Shown here: piece by piece, positions 17,024-28,178 of the stretch
Layout: each line of letters opens with the position of its first letter
Position numbering within the stretch: position 1 is the first letter of the stretch
Origin: a virus
Taxonomy: Duplodnaviria; Caudoviricetes
IMG/VR virus record: IMGVR_UViG_3300031555_004294
Coordinates: 64,001 to 128,000 of that record
Reading direction: 5' to 3' (one strand)
DNA: 64,000 nucleotides
Made by a program: the position numbers and the translations under genes
Notes under the pieces: model-generated
Seen by the model: the letters and a program-made list of their open reading frames with translations, nothing else
Databases searched by the model: none
What the model was told of the DNA's origin: nothing

Positions 17024-20000
17024 ATGCCTAAAAATTTTGGTAAAAATTTAGCTAAATCTTTTAAGTATGGTGTTGTAGATACATTTTTAGAAAAGACTGC
17101 CCCAGATATAGCAGAACAATTAAAATCTGGTAAAGAAGATATTAAGTCTGCTTTAGAGAAAGCTAGTGCTTCTAACAATGGTAATATTAAGAAAAATCAA
17201 TCATCCAGTACTAAAAATGGTTTAGGTGATATGCGTAAAAACATACTAGCTGATATTAAATCTGGTAACTGGTTTGGTAATAAAGACCGAGCTGCACAGT
17301 CTATGATGAGTAGTATGGGCTTAGATGAAATGCTTGGTGATGATGATTTTTTAGATGGTTTAGACTTTAAAGAAGGTACTACAACTATTACTAAAGATCA
17401 AAAGACTGGAGATATTGATTTTTCATTTGAAACTACAAATGAAACTCATGTTACCGATAATCGTACTAACGTTCGTAATATCACTCAAATCCAAAATAAT
17501 AAAGTAGATGGCAAATTATTGGCTACTGTAACTTCACAGATGGTCGGTAATATGTCCACTATTTCTACACAAATTAAACAAATTTCTCAATTTCATCTAG
17601 ATGAAACTAGACGTTACTATAGTGATAGCTTGCGTCTGTTGACAGATATAAATGAAACTTTAAAGAAGTCTTATACCTTACAGACTCCTAAAGGTCAAAC
17701 TAGTGTGTTGAATGAGGTATTCAATGGTGGTAGTTTAAGTTTAGAAGCTTATGGAAAAGCTTTAACTAAGGGTATGATGGGTGGTATGCTGGATAAAGAT
17801 ACCATGGAAATGGGTAAAATGATGGTATCCAACCTGTTTGCTGACCCTATGAAAACTGCTATTGGTTTGGCTATGGATGCTGCTATACCTAAAGCTGTTA
17901 AGAAGGGTATGGGAGATTTAAATGAAAACTTCACTAAAACTATGAAGACATTGGTTTTACAGTTAAGTGAAGGTAAAAAAGGTAAAGGTAGTCCTTTACA
18001 AAAATTTTTAGGTAGTATTCTAGGTTTAGATTTAGGAACTGCTAAAGTTAAATTTGAAAACAAAGTTGTACCATTTGATAGTGAAACTAAACGTAGTATA
18101 GTTAATACTATCCCTGAATTATTACTTAAAATCCATGGTGCTATTACTAAGCTAGGCGGAACTGGAAATGGTACTGGTAGTGTAAAAGAACTTAAAATTG
18201 ATCCTGAAACAGGTCTACCAACTTATAAAGAAATAAAAAAAGAAAGAAAAGCAGATAGACAATTTGCTAGTAAATTAGTTGGTGATAAGTACGATTATAG
18301 TAGTGCTGGGTTATCTGAAGAAGGAATAAAAGCACAACAGACTATAGACAGACTAGAAAAGAAAATTAAAGAACTGCAAGATAAAAAGCTAGGTGTTCTT
18401 GATACAAGTCAAGATGGTAATATTTCTACTGCTAGAAAATTACTTCACAGACAGCAAATGTCTTTGTCTAGTGCTGATAGGGAAAAAATTAAAAAAGCTC
18501 AACTTTCTCGTGATGAAAATTTTGAGGAGTATTCTGAATTACTTTACAAACTTTATAGTACTTCAGATCGTGGACTAAATAGTTCTGTTTTAAAAACAAT
18601 TCAAGCTAAAGAATTTGATAGACGAGCTAATGGCGGAACAGTATCAGATAAATCTTTCGATCAAATGATAAAAGAATTATCACCTGAACAGCAAAAAGTA
18701 TTAGGTAAAATGATACGAGATATAGAAACTACACCAGGTAATAAAAAGTCTACTAAAAATACTAATAAAAAAGCTGGTGAAATTTGGTCAGAAGCTAAAG
18801 AAGGTAATAAAGGTTTTAAAGGCTTTTTTAGAACATTGGCTACTTTTACCAATGAATATTCCAAACAACTTTTTGACAATTTAAATAAAGGTCTGTCAAA
18901 CATAATGTTTGGTAATGAAAAAGGTCTTAAACATAATTTATCTAAAAAAGTTGGTTCATGGGCAGATAAACATGCGGATGACAAAGGACCACTTGGTTGG
19001 GTTGCAAAAAGAACTAAAGGATTTTTGGATAAACGTAAACAAGAAGAAGAGTTACGTCAAAAACAAATGGCTGACGATCAAAATGCAACTCGTATTGCTG
19101 TTGAAACTTTATTACAAGAAGCACAAAGTGATAACTGTATTTCTGTCAAAGTTCAACGTATTGGTGATAAAGCTAAAGAAACTTTTGAAAACATTCAAAA
19201 TAACGTAGCTGAAAAAATGGGTGTTGAAACTGATGGTAAAACTGGTAAAGAAATCAGAAAAGGCATCTTTGCATCTGCAAAACGCAAGTTTAAGAGTAAT
19301 TTTATCACAGATAAAATGAAAGAAGCAGGAATGTCTGAAGATGATAAGCTAACCACACTTTTACATCATCGTATGAAAGAATTTATGGAACCAATCACTG
19401 CTACTTTTAAAGAACAGTTCTTTGGTGATGATGAAGATTCTGTAAAAAACCAAATCAGATTCTTCTTAACTGGTAAGAAGAAAAAAGGTGATGAAAAGAC
19501 TGGTAAAAGTTTGTTAGATAGACTTTCTGGCGATTTTCTTAGCTATCTTAGAAATCCTGATGGAAAGAAAGAGATAAATAATCCAAATAGTTTCTTAAAT
19601 CAATGGAAAGAAATCGGTTTAACATTCTTTGAAGAGTTTAAGTATCTTACCAAGAATTTTATTAAGATGGCATTTAATGGTCTTAAGAGATACTATAAGT
19701 TTTTACTTGTTGATATTCCTAAGAAAGTTTTAGGTATGTTTGGTAGAACTAAAACTGGTGAAAAATTTAAATCTTTCGGACGTGAAATGGGCGAAAGAGT
19801 TATGGGTGTTACTAATGTTTTTAGAAGAATGTCAACTTCTTTACAAGAAGATCAAATCTCTAGAATAAACAAAAACTTTTTATCAGATGAAACAGAAGAA
19901 TACGATCTCAATAATGGTAAAAAAGGCAAACGTAGAAAGTTAAATGTTGATGCCATTAGCAGTGCATCTAACGAGGAAAAGGCACAACTTCTTAAGAACA

Positions 20001-23000
20001 AAGGTTTGATGGCCAGACTTAAAAAAGAAAATCCTGACTTAATTAAAGACCTTAAGATGTCTGTCGGCGAACGAACTATTGCAGACAAAATTAGTTCTTT
20101 ACAGTCTGCTTTAGTAGATGGTCCAAAGAGAATGGCAGCTCAATTTGTTGAAGGTCTTAGAGACTTTGAACGTTCTAAAGGTAAACATAGAGAAGAGATT
20201 AAAACCTATGAACACGAAGCTAAAAAAGAAGCTAAAAGTCGTGGTTTAAAAGGTAAGTCTAAAAAATCATTCATTCAAGATTATTCTAAGACTAAATTTG
20301 ACTTAGCACATGAAAGTGAATTTGGTGCTACTAAATATACTAAAGCAGCTGCAACCGATAAAGACGGTGTATTTGCTGCAGCTAAAGGTTCTTTTGATGC
20401 AGATGTTGCTAAGAAAGCTGAAGAAGAAAAAGCTAAACAAACTGCCGACCAACAAACTGCCGAAGCAACTAGTAAATTAGTTGAACAGAATGAAGAAGGT
20501 AAAGTAGAACGTAGTTCAAGATTTAAGAAAATCATAAGCTATGTGACTATGGGATTCTTACTCATGAAGGGTGGAACTAAAACTATTTCTACTGCTATCA
20601 AAGGTGTTGTTGGTGCTGTTAAAGTAGTAGCTAAGGTTATCAAAGGTGTAATTAAAATTTTAGCCGTTCCGCTTAAAATATTGAACGGTTTAACTAAGGG
20701 TGCTGCTGGTAAGTTAATAAGCAGTGGTCTATTAGTTACCATGCTTTATACGTATCTAGCTTCAAAAGTAATAACAGCTGGTAAGAAAGCTATAGAAGTT
20801 TTTAAAACTACTGGCAGAGGTATTGGAAAAGCAGCTAAATTTGTTGGTGGTGTTGGTAAAGGTATTGGTGGTGGTGTTTCTGGCTTTAGAAAATCTGAAT
20901 CCAAAGGCTTTATGGGAAAAATGAGTGACGGACTCAAAGGATTTAAATCTGGTTCTGGATTATTTAAGAACAAAGCAAATGTATCAGCTAATTCAGCATT
21001 AAACATCGATCAAGAAAAGATGCAAAATGATCCAGTATATCAAGCTAAAGTCTATGAAGCAGAAAAAATAAGAGATGCTGCTGATATAAGATATCAGGCT
21101 ACAATAGACCAAATTCAAGGTACTAATGAAACTGAAAAACTTATAGCAGAACAAAAGCTGAAAAATAATGCAGCTAATTTAGCTGAAGAACAAAAAGGCT
21201 TTAAGGGTTTCTTGGCAAAAATGTTTGCTAAAAGAACTGCTAATGAAGCAACCATAGAAGGTATGAAAACAGCAGCCGCTACAACTATTACAACATCTGA
21301 AATAACTGGAGAATCCACGAGTTTAATGCAACGACTGAAAATGAAGCTTACGGGTGCTCAAACAGATGTTGCTATAAAATCTACTGCTGCTACTGGTACA
21401 GCTGTAACTGATAGTGTTTCAAGTCCTCTTTCTTCTGCTGTTGAAGCACTTGCCAATGTAGCAAGTGGTATACCAGTAATAGGTCCTGCTGTAAGTGCTG
21501 CAATTGCTGCTTTTGGTGGACCTATTGTTAGTGCGTTACCACTCTTAGCCCCTGCAATACTTATTCCTATTATTGGGAGTATAGCTGCTAGTGGTAAAGT
21601 CAAAGATATAGGTAAAACTATTGGAAGTAAAATTGGTGGTCTTGCTAAGAAGTTTAATATTAAATCTATCTTCAAAAAAGCTATGGCTGGTTCTAAGATG
21701 AAAAAGGCAAAAAATGCGTCCAAAAGAGAGAAAGAAAAAGAACGTCTTAAAGCAATTATGTCTAGTAAACTCTTTAAATTTGCTCCACTTCCAGTAAAAC
21801 TCCCAATTTTTGCAAGAGCAAAAATGCTTGGTATAACAAAAGAAGAAATGGATGAATATAAAGAGCAGAAAAAAGAAGATAAACGTAACAAGATGAAAGA
21901 AAGAATTAAGGCTGTCATAACTAGTGAAGAGTTTACTAAGATGAGTAAGCCTAAACAAATTTTCTGGAAATTCTTAGCTAAAAAGTATGGTGTATCTACA
22001 AATGCAAGTCAAACTAATGCTACAGCTTCAGCTATAGGTAGCTTAAATGACCTGAATAAGAATGCATCTCCTTCTGTTCTTGCTTCTGCTATGACACCAG
22101 TTGTTGGTCAAGAACAAGATGGAATGATCTGGACTGGCGGTAAGTGGGAAAGTAAGGCTAACTTAAAAGTTGGTCGTTCCATTGGTAATTCAGTCTGGGA
22201 TGGTGAAAAGTTAGTAGCTAAATCCAAAGACGAAGAAAATAAGAATGAAAAGGCTTTCAATGAAAAAGTCTTATCAACTGGTTTATTAGGTGAAACAATG
22301 GATAGCAAGACTACTAGTTCAAGTTCACTAGGTAGCAAGTTGAAAAAACTTGTTGGTAACTCTTTAGCATCTATTAAAGATGGTATATCTAATATCCTTG
22401 GACTTAACAAAGATACAAATAGTTCTTCTTCAACTAGTTCTATTGGTAGTTCATCTTATGCTCCATCATCTGGTTTAGCTGGTAAAGCATCTAATTCTCC
22501 CACTGTAATGCAAGGTGCATCTTCTTCAATGAAAGCTTCTACAGAAGCAGAAGGAGCTGCTAAAGTAAATACAAGTTACGCTTCTGGTTCTGAGTTAGTA
22601 AATGGTTTCCCATATTTTAGACAAGGTGATGACCGTTGGGGTAATGTTATGTACTCTGCTACTGGTGATTCAAGTCAGACTATTCGTTCTTCTGCTTGTG
22701 GACCTACTAGTGCTGCAATGGTACTACGTTCATTCGGTGTAAATGTTACTCCTGTAGAAACTTCTGCTTGGAGTGTAGCTAATGGATACCGAACTGCAAA
22801 TAATGGTACGTCTCATGCATTTATGACTGCTATTGGTAAGAAATATGGATTAACTGTAGACTCTATTGGTAATAATATTGAAGCTGCTGAAAGTTATTTA
22901 GCTAAAGGTCTTCCTATTATTTCTACTGGTAAGGGTTCTGCTCCATTTACTACTGGAGGACACTTTATTGTACTTAGCGGTACTGACGGTAAGGGTAACT

Positions 23001-23617
23001 TCTTTGTTAACGACCCAGTTAGTAAAGAACGTTCTAAAAAGTACTCTAAAGCTGATCTCAAGTCTAAAATCCGTGGTATGTGGGTATTCTCTAAGAATGG
23101 TAAGGGTTCTATTGGTAATATTCCAACTACAGTTGAATCCTCTAGTACTAGTACATTACCTTCTGTAGTACCTAGTATACCTGCAAGTACAGCTATCAGT
23201 AATGTAGATACAACAACTGCTATACCTACTAGTTATGATACGACTTCAAGTAATGTAGCTGCTGCTGTTACAAATAACGCAGTCACGAAGGCAACTTCTA
23301 CAGGTTCTTCTGGTTACACAGAAGTATTGACAAAACTAACCACTATTAGTACCATTTTGGCTAATATTGCTTCTTATGATCAGACTACTGCTGAAAGTAT
23401 TAAGAAGTTTTTAGAGGAATCTTCTAATGAAAATGGAACTAATAATGAAACAGTTACAAACAATGATACAAAAACAGTAATTTCTAATGGAGGAAATAAT
23501 AACTTCTTCACATCTTCAAATTCAAGCTATATCAATTCTAGATTTGGACAAAATCCCAATTCGATTTATGCTAGGTTCTTAAGACCATCTACAATAGAAA
23601 TAGCAAAAGGTAATTAA
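17024..23617 (+). CDS. tape-measure-like large tail protein with C-terminal C39-like peptidase domain
   Basis: About 2200 aa, helical and K/G/A-rich; C39-like motifs YFRQGDDRWG, SACGPTSAAMV, GHFIVL and VNDP; AGGAGG RBS before ATG 17024. Confidence 0.75.
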   Translation: MPKNFGKNLAKSFKYGVVDTFLEKTAPDIAEQLKSGKEDIKSALEKASASNNGNIKKNQSSSTKNGLGDMRKNILADIKSGNWFGNKDRAAQSMMSSMGLDEMLGDDDFLDGLDFKEGTTTITKDQKTGDIDFSFETTNETHVTDNRTNVRNITQIQNNKVDGKLLATVTSQMVGNMSTISTQIKQISQFHLDETRRYYSDSLRLLTDINETLKKSYTLQTPKGQTSVLNEVFNGGSLSLEAYGKALTKGMMGGMLDKDTMEMGKMMVSNLFADPMKTAIGLAMDAAIPKAVKKGMGDLNENFTKTMKTLVLQLSEGKKGKGSPLQKFLGSILGLDLGTAKVKFENKVVPFDSETKRSIVNTIPELLLKIHGAITKLGGTGNGTGSVKELKIDPETGLPTYKEIKKERKADRQFASKLVGDKYDYSSAGLSEEGIKAQQTIDRLEKKIKELQDKKLGVLDTSQDGNISTARKLLHRQQMSLSSADREKIKKAQLSRDENFEEYSELLYKLYSTSDRGLNSSVLKTIQAKEFDRRANGGTVSDKSFDQMIKELSPEQQKVLGKMIRDIETTPGNKKSTKNTNKKAGEIWSEAKEGNKGFKGFFRTLATFTNEYSKQLFDNLNKGLSNIMFGNEKGLKHNLSKKVGSWADKHADDKGPLGWVAKRTKGFLDKRKQEEELRQKQMADDQNATRIAVETLLQEAQSDNCISVKVQRIGDKAKETFENIQNNVAEKMGVETDGKTGKEIRKGIFASAKRKFKSNFITDKMKEAGMSEDDKLTTLLHHRMKEFMEPITATFKEQFFGDDEDSVKNQIRFFLTGKKKKGDEKTGKSLLDRLSGDFLSYLRNPDGKKEINNPNSFLNQWKEIGLTFFEEFKYLTKNFIKMAFNGLKRYYKFLLVDIPKKVLGMFGRTKTGEKFKSFGREMGERVMGVTNVFRRMSTSLQEDQISRINKNFLSDETEEYDLNNGKKGKRRKLNVDAISSASNEEKAQLLKNKGLMARLKKENPDLIKDLKMSVGERTIADKISSLQSALVDGPKRMAAQFVEGLRDFERSKGKHREEIKTYEHEAKKEAKSRGLKGKSKKSFIQDYSKTKFDLAHESEFGATKYTKAAATDKDGVFAAAKGSFDADVAKKAEEEKAKQTADQQTAEATSKLVEQNEEGKVERSSRFKKIISYVTMGFLLMKGGTKTISTAIKGVVGAVKVVAKVIKGVIKILAVPLKILNGLTKGAAGKLISSGLLVTMLYTYLASKVITAGKKAIEVFKTTGRGIGKAAKFVGGVGKGIGGGVSGFRKSESKGFMGKMSDGLKGFKSGSGLFKNKANVSANSALNIDQEKMQNDPVYQAKVYEAEKIRDAADIRYQATIDQIQGTNETEKLIAEQKLKNNAANLAEEQKGFKGFLAKMFAKRTANEATIEGMKTAAATTITTSEITGESTSLMQRLKMKLTGAQTDVAIKSTAATGTAVTDSVSSPLSSAVEALANVASGIPVIGPAVSAAIAAFGGPIVSALPLLAPAILIPIIGSIAASGKVKDIGKTIGSKIGGLAKKFNIKSIFKKAMAGSKMKKAKNASKREKEKERLKAIMSSKLFKFAPLPVKLPIFARAKMLGITKEEMDEYKEQKKEDKRNKMKERIKAVITSEEFTKMSKPKQIFWKFLAKKYGVSTNASQTNATASAIGSLNDLNKNASPSVLASAMTPVVGQEQDGMIWTGGKWESKANLKVGRSIGNSVWDGEKLVAKSKDEENKNEKAFNEKVLSTGLLGETMDSKTTSSSSLGSKLKKLVGNSLASIKDGISNILGLNKDTNSSSSTSSIGSSSYAPSSGLAGKASNSPTVMQGASSSMKASTEAEGAAKVNTSYASGSELVNGFPYFRQGDDRWGNVMYSATGDSSQTIRSSACGPTSAAMVLRSFGVNVTPVETSAWSVANGYRTANNGTSHAFMTAIGKKYGLTVDSIGNNIEAAESYLAKGLPIISTGKGSAPFTTGGHFIVLSGTDGKGNFFVNDPVSKERSKKYSKADLKSKIRGMWVFSKNGKGSIGNIPTTVESSSTSTLPSVVPSIPASTAISNVDTTTAIPTSYDTTSSNVAAAVTNNAVTKATSTGSSGYTEVLTKLTTISTILANIASYDQTTAESIKKFLEESSNENGTNNETVTNNDTKTVISNGGNNNFFTSSNSSYINSRFGQNPNSIYARFLRPSTIEIAKGN

Positions 23618-23742
23618 GAAATTACAGTTTTCTGACAAAATAAAAAAGTTACTCTAATGACATCATGAAGAAATTTTATTTCATAAAGTTGTCATTAGAG
23701 TAACTAAAAATTATAAAAGAAAGTTGAGGTGAAGAATTAAAA

Positions 23743-25611
23743 ATGGCATATAATATTCCAAACAGTATTGAGTATATAACATACGAAGTACAAGACGGTG
23801 ATACTTATGAATCTATTGCAAAGAAATTTAATATAACTATGGCTGAAATTGTCACCTTGAATAATCTTGATGCTACTGATTTTGATACACTTTACATTGG
23901 TTCAACTTTAAAAGTAGGTCTGCGAGATAAAACTACTGGAAATTTAGTTTCTACTGGTATTACTACTGATGACAACATAGAAAAGACTCTTAGAGAAGCC
24001 TCCTTACAAACTATAAGTGTTGATAGCGTAACACAAGAAACATTAAACAGAATAAAGGAAGAGTATAATAAAGGTGGATTACCATCAATAGTAAATGAGT
24101 TAGTTTATTTAGGTGAACTCGGTTATACTAAAGATGAAGTACTTTTATTGCTAAACGATTATTCCGTAAATCTTGATTTATCGAATGTTAATATATTTGA
24201 ACTATCAAATGCTGTAATTAATGCACTTAAAGAATCAGAAAAAAGAAATTCTACTTATGATGACTCAGATTTAAGTAAAGATACTATACTTGGATTACCA
24301 TTTAGATATAATACTTACACTGATCCTAGACGTAGAGTTTATAATAGTACATTTATGGCTGATGCAAGTATTGTTTCTATAATTCCTGGCAGACCTCTAT
24401 TTAGAGGATCAGACGATGATGATAGTGTAGAACCTATAAAAACTATAAGAGAACTTTTTGAATACAGTGATGATGAAGATGATATTTTAAGTACGACTCA
24501 GGAAGCACTGTTAAATACTGATGAGGCTATTTTAAGTTTCCTTCAAAGAAGTCAGAAAAATAATATAGAAAATGGTGACTTGCGATATTACAGATTTAAG
24601 GATGACTACATGGAATTTTTGAAATACTTAGATCTAAACATTTCAACATTAGCTGTTAAAATGGGTGTAGGTGATTTAATAACAGCCAGTTACACTGACT
24701 TTATGAAAAATATAGAAAGTGACTCTATATTTAACATTAGCCATGCCTTTAAATTTTTCTGTACTAAGAGTGGCTCTAGTACCAATGAGTCAATTAGTAA
24801 TGAGTTTGGTGACTCGCAACTTGCAGGCACAATGAATGGCGTTTCGGATACAGCAAATGAATTAATGTATCTTTTAGGAGAAGCTGGTACAGGAGTAAGT
24901 AAATACGCATCAGATCTAGCTAGTACTTTAACTGAAACTATGGATAGTTTAATTAGTGGTATTTTTGATAAAGCATCTGGTTCTGTAAAACAATTAGGTG
25001 GTTCTATTGGAGCTGCTGTAAGCGGAAATAAGGTTATCTGGCCACAAATATGGAAAAACTCCTCTTTCCAAAGATCGTATAATTTTTCTTTTGAGTTTGT
25101 TTCTCCATATGGTTCTCCTGAAGCTATTTTCCGTTATGTATATTTACCTTTCTTGACATTATTAACATTAGCTTCTCCAAAGCAATATGGTACTAATGGC
25201 TATGGTAGTCCTTTTTTAATTAGAATAGATATGCCTGGTTTCTGTACAAGTGATTTATCTGTCATTCAGAATATGTCATGGAAAAAAGGTGGTAATGATG
25301 GTTTATTTACTAACGATGGACTTCCTTTAGCTATGACTGTCGATATTACCGTTCAAGATCTTTATCCAAACATGGCTATGTCAAGAACATATGCACATTT
25401 ACGACATAATACTGGAATGCATGGATTCCTTGACAATCTTGCAGGTTTAACTGTACAGAGATTTTCTCCATTTGAGAATATAAAGAACAGCTTAGTTACT
25501 AGAGCAGCTAATATCCTTGGTGGTGTTGACCGTTCTCTTGGTGAAGGTTTAAAATCTAAAGTTTATTCTATTTCTGCTAATAGTATCTTTGGTTCCATTT
25601 ATAACGATTAA
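23743..25611 (+). CDS. LysM-containing tail/baseplate protein
   Basis: N-terminal LysM (YEVQDGDTYESIAKKFNITMAEIVTLNNL); tube/hub-like C-terminus (RSYNFSFEF...PLAMTVDITVQDL). Confidence 0.65.
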   Translation: MAYNIPNSIEYITYEVQDGDTYESIAKKFNITMAEIVTLNNLDATDFDTLYIGSTLKVGLRDKTTGNLVSTGITTDDNIEKTLREASLQTISVDSVTQETLNRIKEEYNKGGLPSIVNELVYLGELGYTKDEVLLLLNDYSVNLDLSNVNIFELSNAVINALKESEKRNSTYDDSDLSKDTILGLPFRYNTYTDPRRRVYNSTFMADASIVSIIPGRPLFRGSDDDDSVEPIKTIRELFEYSDDEDDILSTTQEALLNTDEAILSFLQRSQKNNIENGDLRYYRFKDDYMEFLKYLDLNISTLAVKMGVGDLITASYTDFMKNIESDSIFNISHAFKFFCTKSGSSTNESISNEFGDSQLAGTMNGVSDTANELMYLLGEAGTGVSKYASDLASTLTETMDSLISGIFDKASGSVKQLGGSIGAAVSGNKVIWPQIWKNSSFQRSYNFSFEFVSPYGSPEAIFRYVYLPFLTLLTLASPKQYGTNGYGSPFLIRIDMPGFCTSDLSVIQNMSWKKGGNDGLFTNDGLPLAMTVDITVQDLYPNMAMSRTYAHLRHNTGMHGFLDNLAGLTVQRFSPFENIKNSLVTRAANILGGVDRSLGEGLKSKVYSISANSIFGSIYND

Positions 25612-25679
25612 CAATTTTGTATTTTTTATAAAAAATTTGAAACTATCAATTCATTAATAAGATTTGCGAAAGAATTGAG

Positions 25680-26234
25680 GTGAATTATAGTTTGGGTGAT
25701 TTATCTGAAAAGGAAATACAAAAATATGAAAAGCTAAAAGCTAAGATAGAACTTAACAATCCTTGGCATAGTATTGAATTTTTTTTAAACATAGAGCCAG
25801 AGCCTTATGCTCGACCTAGAAAATCTAGAAAGTTGGAACAACTAGGAAAAAATAATGTTTTCTACAATCCTAGATCTAGTTATCATAAGAAACTGAGAAA
25901 AGAAATAGAGCGTCAGATAACTGAGCGGATTAGAGGTTTTCAGCTTGTAGATGGAGAAGTTCATTTATATGCTGAATTTGGTCTTGTACCACCTAAAGCA
26001 TATACTAAAAGCAAAAATAAGTGGCAATTACTTACAGACAGGATTATAACACCTACAGTTAGACCTGATATAGATAACTGGATTAAACCAATTATGGACG
26101 TTTTAAACAAATTAGTTTATACTGATGACGGACAAATTACCAGACTATGTGTTGATAAAGTTTATTCAGTTCTAGAACATCCATATGTAAAAATACGCAT
26201 AAATTATAGACAAGATCCTATAAAATTAAGGTGA
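25680..26234 (+). CDS. rusA: RusA-like Holliday junction resolvase
   Basis: P.PYARPR, RPDIDNWIKPIMDVL and YTDDGQI motifs. Confidence 0.85.
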   Translation: MNYSLGDLSEKEIQKYEKLKAKIELNNPWHSIEFFLNIEPEPYARPRKSRKLEQLGKNNVFYNPRSSYHKKLRKEIERQITERIRGFQLVDGEVHLYAEFGLVPPKAYTKSKNKWQLLTDRIITPTVRPDIDNWIKPIMDVLNKLVYTDDGQITRLCVDKVYSVLEHPYVKIRINYRQDPIKLR

Positions 26235-26803
26235 AAAGGAGGAAACAAAGACAAATTATGCACACTAATACTGATTTTTTAGACAGTTCTGAGATTTTAA
26301 CAGAGCAAGATTACTCTGATTTAAGAGACATACAAGACATTAAGAAACAAGTACTTTCTTACATTGACATGTCAATTTTAGTTAATTACATTTCTAAACT
26401 TATAGATGACTCTCCTTTTCTTTCTTTTAAAAATGAGAGATCAAAGAAGTATATTGATAAGCGTAGACCAATTTTCTATATAAAGGTTGACAAAGAAAAG
26501 ACTTTAGCTTCAAAAGTTTATAACGATAGAAACGTTAAGTTTAACAGTCAAGATGATGAAGTAAAATTTTTCTTTAACGTGGTTTACATGGAAGTAATAT
26601 CCAATGTTACTAGCTACATTACTGCGTCTCTAAAACAAAATCCTGATTTAGAAAACTATATTGCTGAAAAAGACATTTTTAAAGATATCAAAAAAGAAAA
26701 TCGTAAAACTATAGCAGACCAAACTGCAGTTTTATCTACTATGTTTGGTGTTCGCTTTTCTCAAGATGACTCTACTGTAATCACATTAGAGATGCTTCTA
26801 TAA
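26231..26803 (+). CDS. hypothetical protein
   Basis: 190-aa ORF coupled to rusA. Confidence 0.65.
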   Translation: MKRRKQRQIMHTNTDFLDSSEILTEQDYSDLRDIQDIKKQVLSYIDMSILVNYISKLIDDSPFLSFKNERSKKYIDKRRPIFYIKVDKEKTLASKVYNDRNVKFNSQDDEVKFFFNVVYMEVISNVTSYITASLKQNPDLENYIAEKDIFKDIKKENRKTIADQTAVLSTMFGVRFSQDDSTVITLEMLL

Positions 26804-26807
26804 AAAC

Positions 26808-26838
26808 TCCCCTTAAAGACTTTATGTCTTTAAGGGGA
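26808..26838. terminator. hairpin terminator between convergent genes
   Basis: TCCCCTTAAAGAC-loop-GTCTTTAAGGGGA. Confidence 0.7.
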
Positions 26839-26850
26839 AAATTTTTATTT

Positions 26851-28152
26851 TTAGTCACGATTAAAATTAATGGTTTTTACCAAAGATTTTAATTGAGAAG
26901 GAGTAAGATTGAAAATCTTGCTTGTAAACATAGTTTCTAACAGAGTATACTCAGTGATACTTTCAGCTAGAACTAAGTCCATTTTAACACCATTTTCATC
27001 ATTACTTTCAACTAGAATGCTTGATGCATAAGCAATGTTACCTTCAAGAAGGTTTCTAAAGAGAGATTTAGAATTGCGTTCTTGATAACGAGACTTACCA
27101 AAAATGTTTAGAAATTCAGTTGACTCAGACTGGTTTGCATTAACACTAACATTTTTACCGTCAGTCTTAATTGTAATCTGCATAGTGCTATCAGAAGTTT
27201 GTGTAGCATCAGCTTCTACTTCAGGTTCTTCACCTTCAACAGGAGGGACACTGTCAGCAGTAGCATCAGCTTCTACTTCTTCATCAGATGTTTCAAGTTC
27301 ATCAAGTTCGTCATCACCTAAATCATCTTCGTCTAAATCCTCATCGTCAACTTCTAATTCTTCACCTTCGGTTTCCTTTTCCATAGCTTCTAATTCTTCA
27401 TCAGAAAGATCGTCTTCATCTTCGATATCTTCATCAACATCTTCATCTTCGATATCTTCATCTAAAGAATCTGCAGCATCAGCCATTTCTTTTTCGTCTT
27501 CTTTTTCTTCTTCTTTCTGCTTAGAAATCTTCTTCTCTTCTTTAATTGTATCGGTTACCTTCTTTTTAACCTCACCAGCAATTTCATCAGAAAGATCTTT
27601 AGATTTTCTAGCTTCAGAAAGAATACTATCAACAACAGACTCACTGAATACATCAACAGTATCTCTATTTCTAATCTTTTCTTTTACTAAGCCTACTAAC
27701 TCATAGTAAGCGGATTCCATCATTAGGTTTCCATTATTAGTAAAGTTGGATTCAGAAATTACACCGTTTGCAAACATACCTTCAATATAGGTAGTAACCT
27801 TCTCTGATAAGCCTTTCTGCTTTTCAATGTAACTCTCATCAAATACTAAACCAGAGATAACCATCTCTGCTAAATATCTAGACAGAATTTTTGTTGTAAG
27901 TGTTTTCTCTAATCTAATGTCTTCTTGCAATCTTCTACGTCTATTGATCGTATTACTGTTGACAAGATTCTTAGCATTTTGTTCTTTTAAAAGCTCTGCT
28001 TGTGCTTGCTCTCTATAAGCTTCAATCTGCTTTTCATTTTTCATGGTTTCATTGAGATTTTTCAAATTTTCAGAAATTCTTGCATCTCTTTTAGCTGCAT
28101 TAGTTTTGCTATATGGTAAAATCTCAGTTTGGTTGAAATCAAAAAAATTCAT
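26851..28152 (-). CDS. putative virion/head protein with a long acidic tract
   Basis: 433 aa, D/E-rich centre, in an operon with baseplate genes. Confidence 0.65.
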   Translation of the reverse strand: MNFFDFNQTEILPYSKTNAAKRDARISENLKNLNETMKNEKQIEAYREQAQAELLKEQNAKNLVNSNTINRRRRLQEDIRLEKTLTTKILSRYLAEMVISGLVFDESYIEKQKGLSEKVTTYIEGMFANGVISESNFTNNGNLMMESAYYELVGLVKEKIRNRDTVDVFSESVVDSILSEARKSKDLSDEIAGEVKKKVTDTIKEEKKISKQKEEEKEDEKEMADAADSLDEDIEDEDVDEDIEDEDDLSDEELEAMEKETEGEELEVDDEDLDEDDLGDDELDELETSDEEVEADATADSVPPVEGEEPEVEADATQTSDSTMQITIKTDGKNVSVNANQSESTEFLNIFGKSRYQERNSKSLFRNLLEGNIAYASSILVESNDENGVKMDLVLAESITEYTLLETMFTSKIFNLTPSQLKSLVKTINFNRD

Positions 28153-28178
28153 ATTTTAATTTACCAATCCTTTCTTCA

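Noticed and set aside
27104-27706. Poly-serine ORFs (also 51758-52015) and other antisense ORFs over large genes
   Set aside because: Reverse-complement shadows of Asp/Glu-rich or long coding regions, without RBS.
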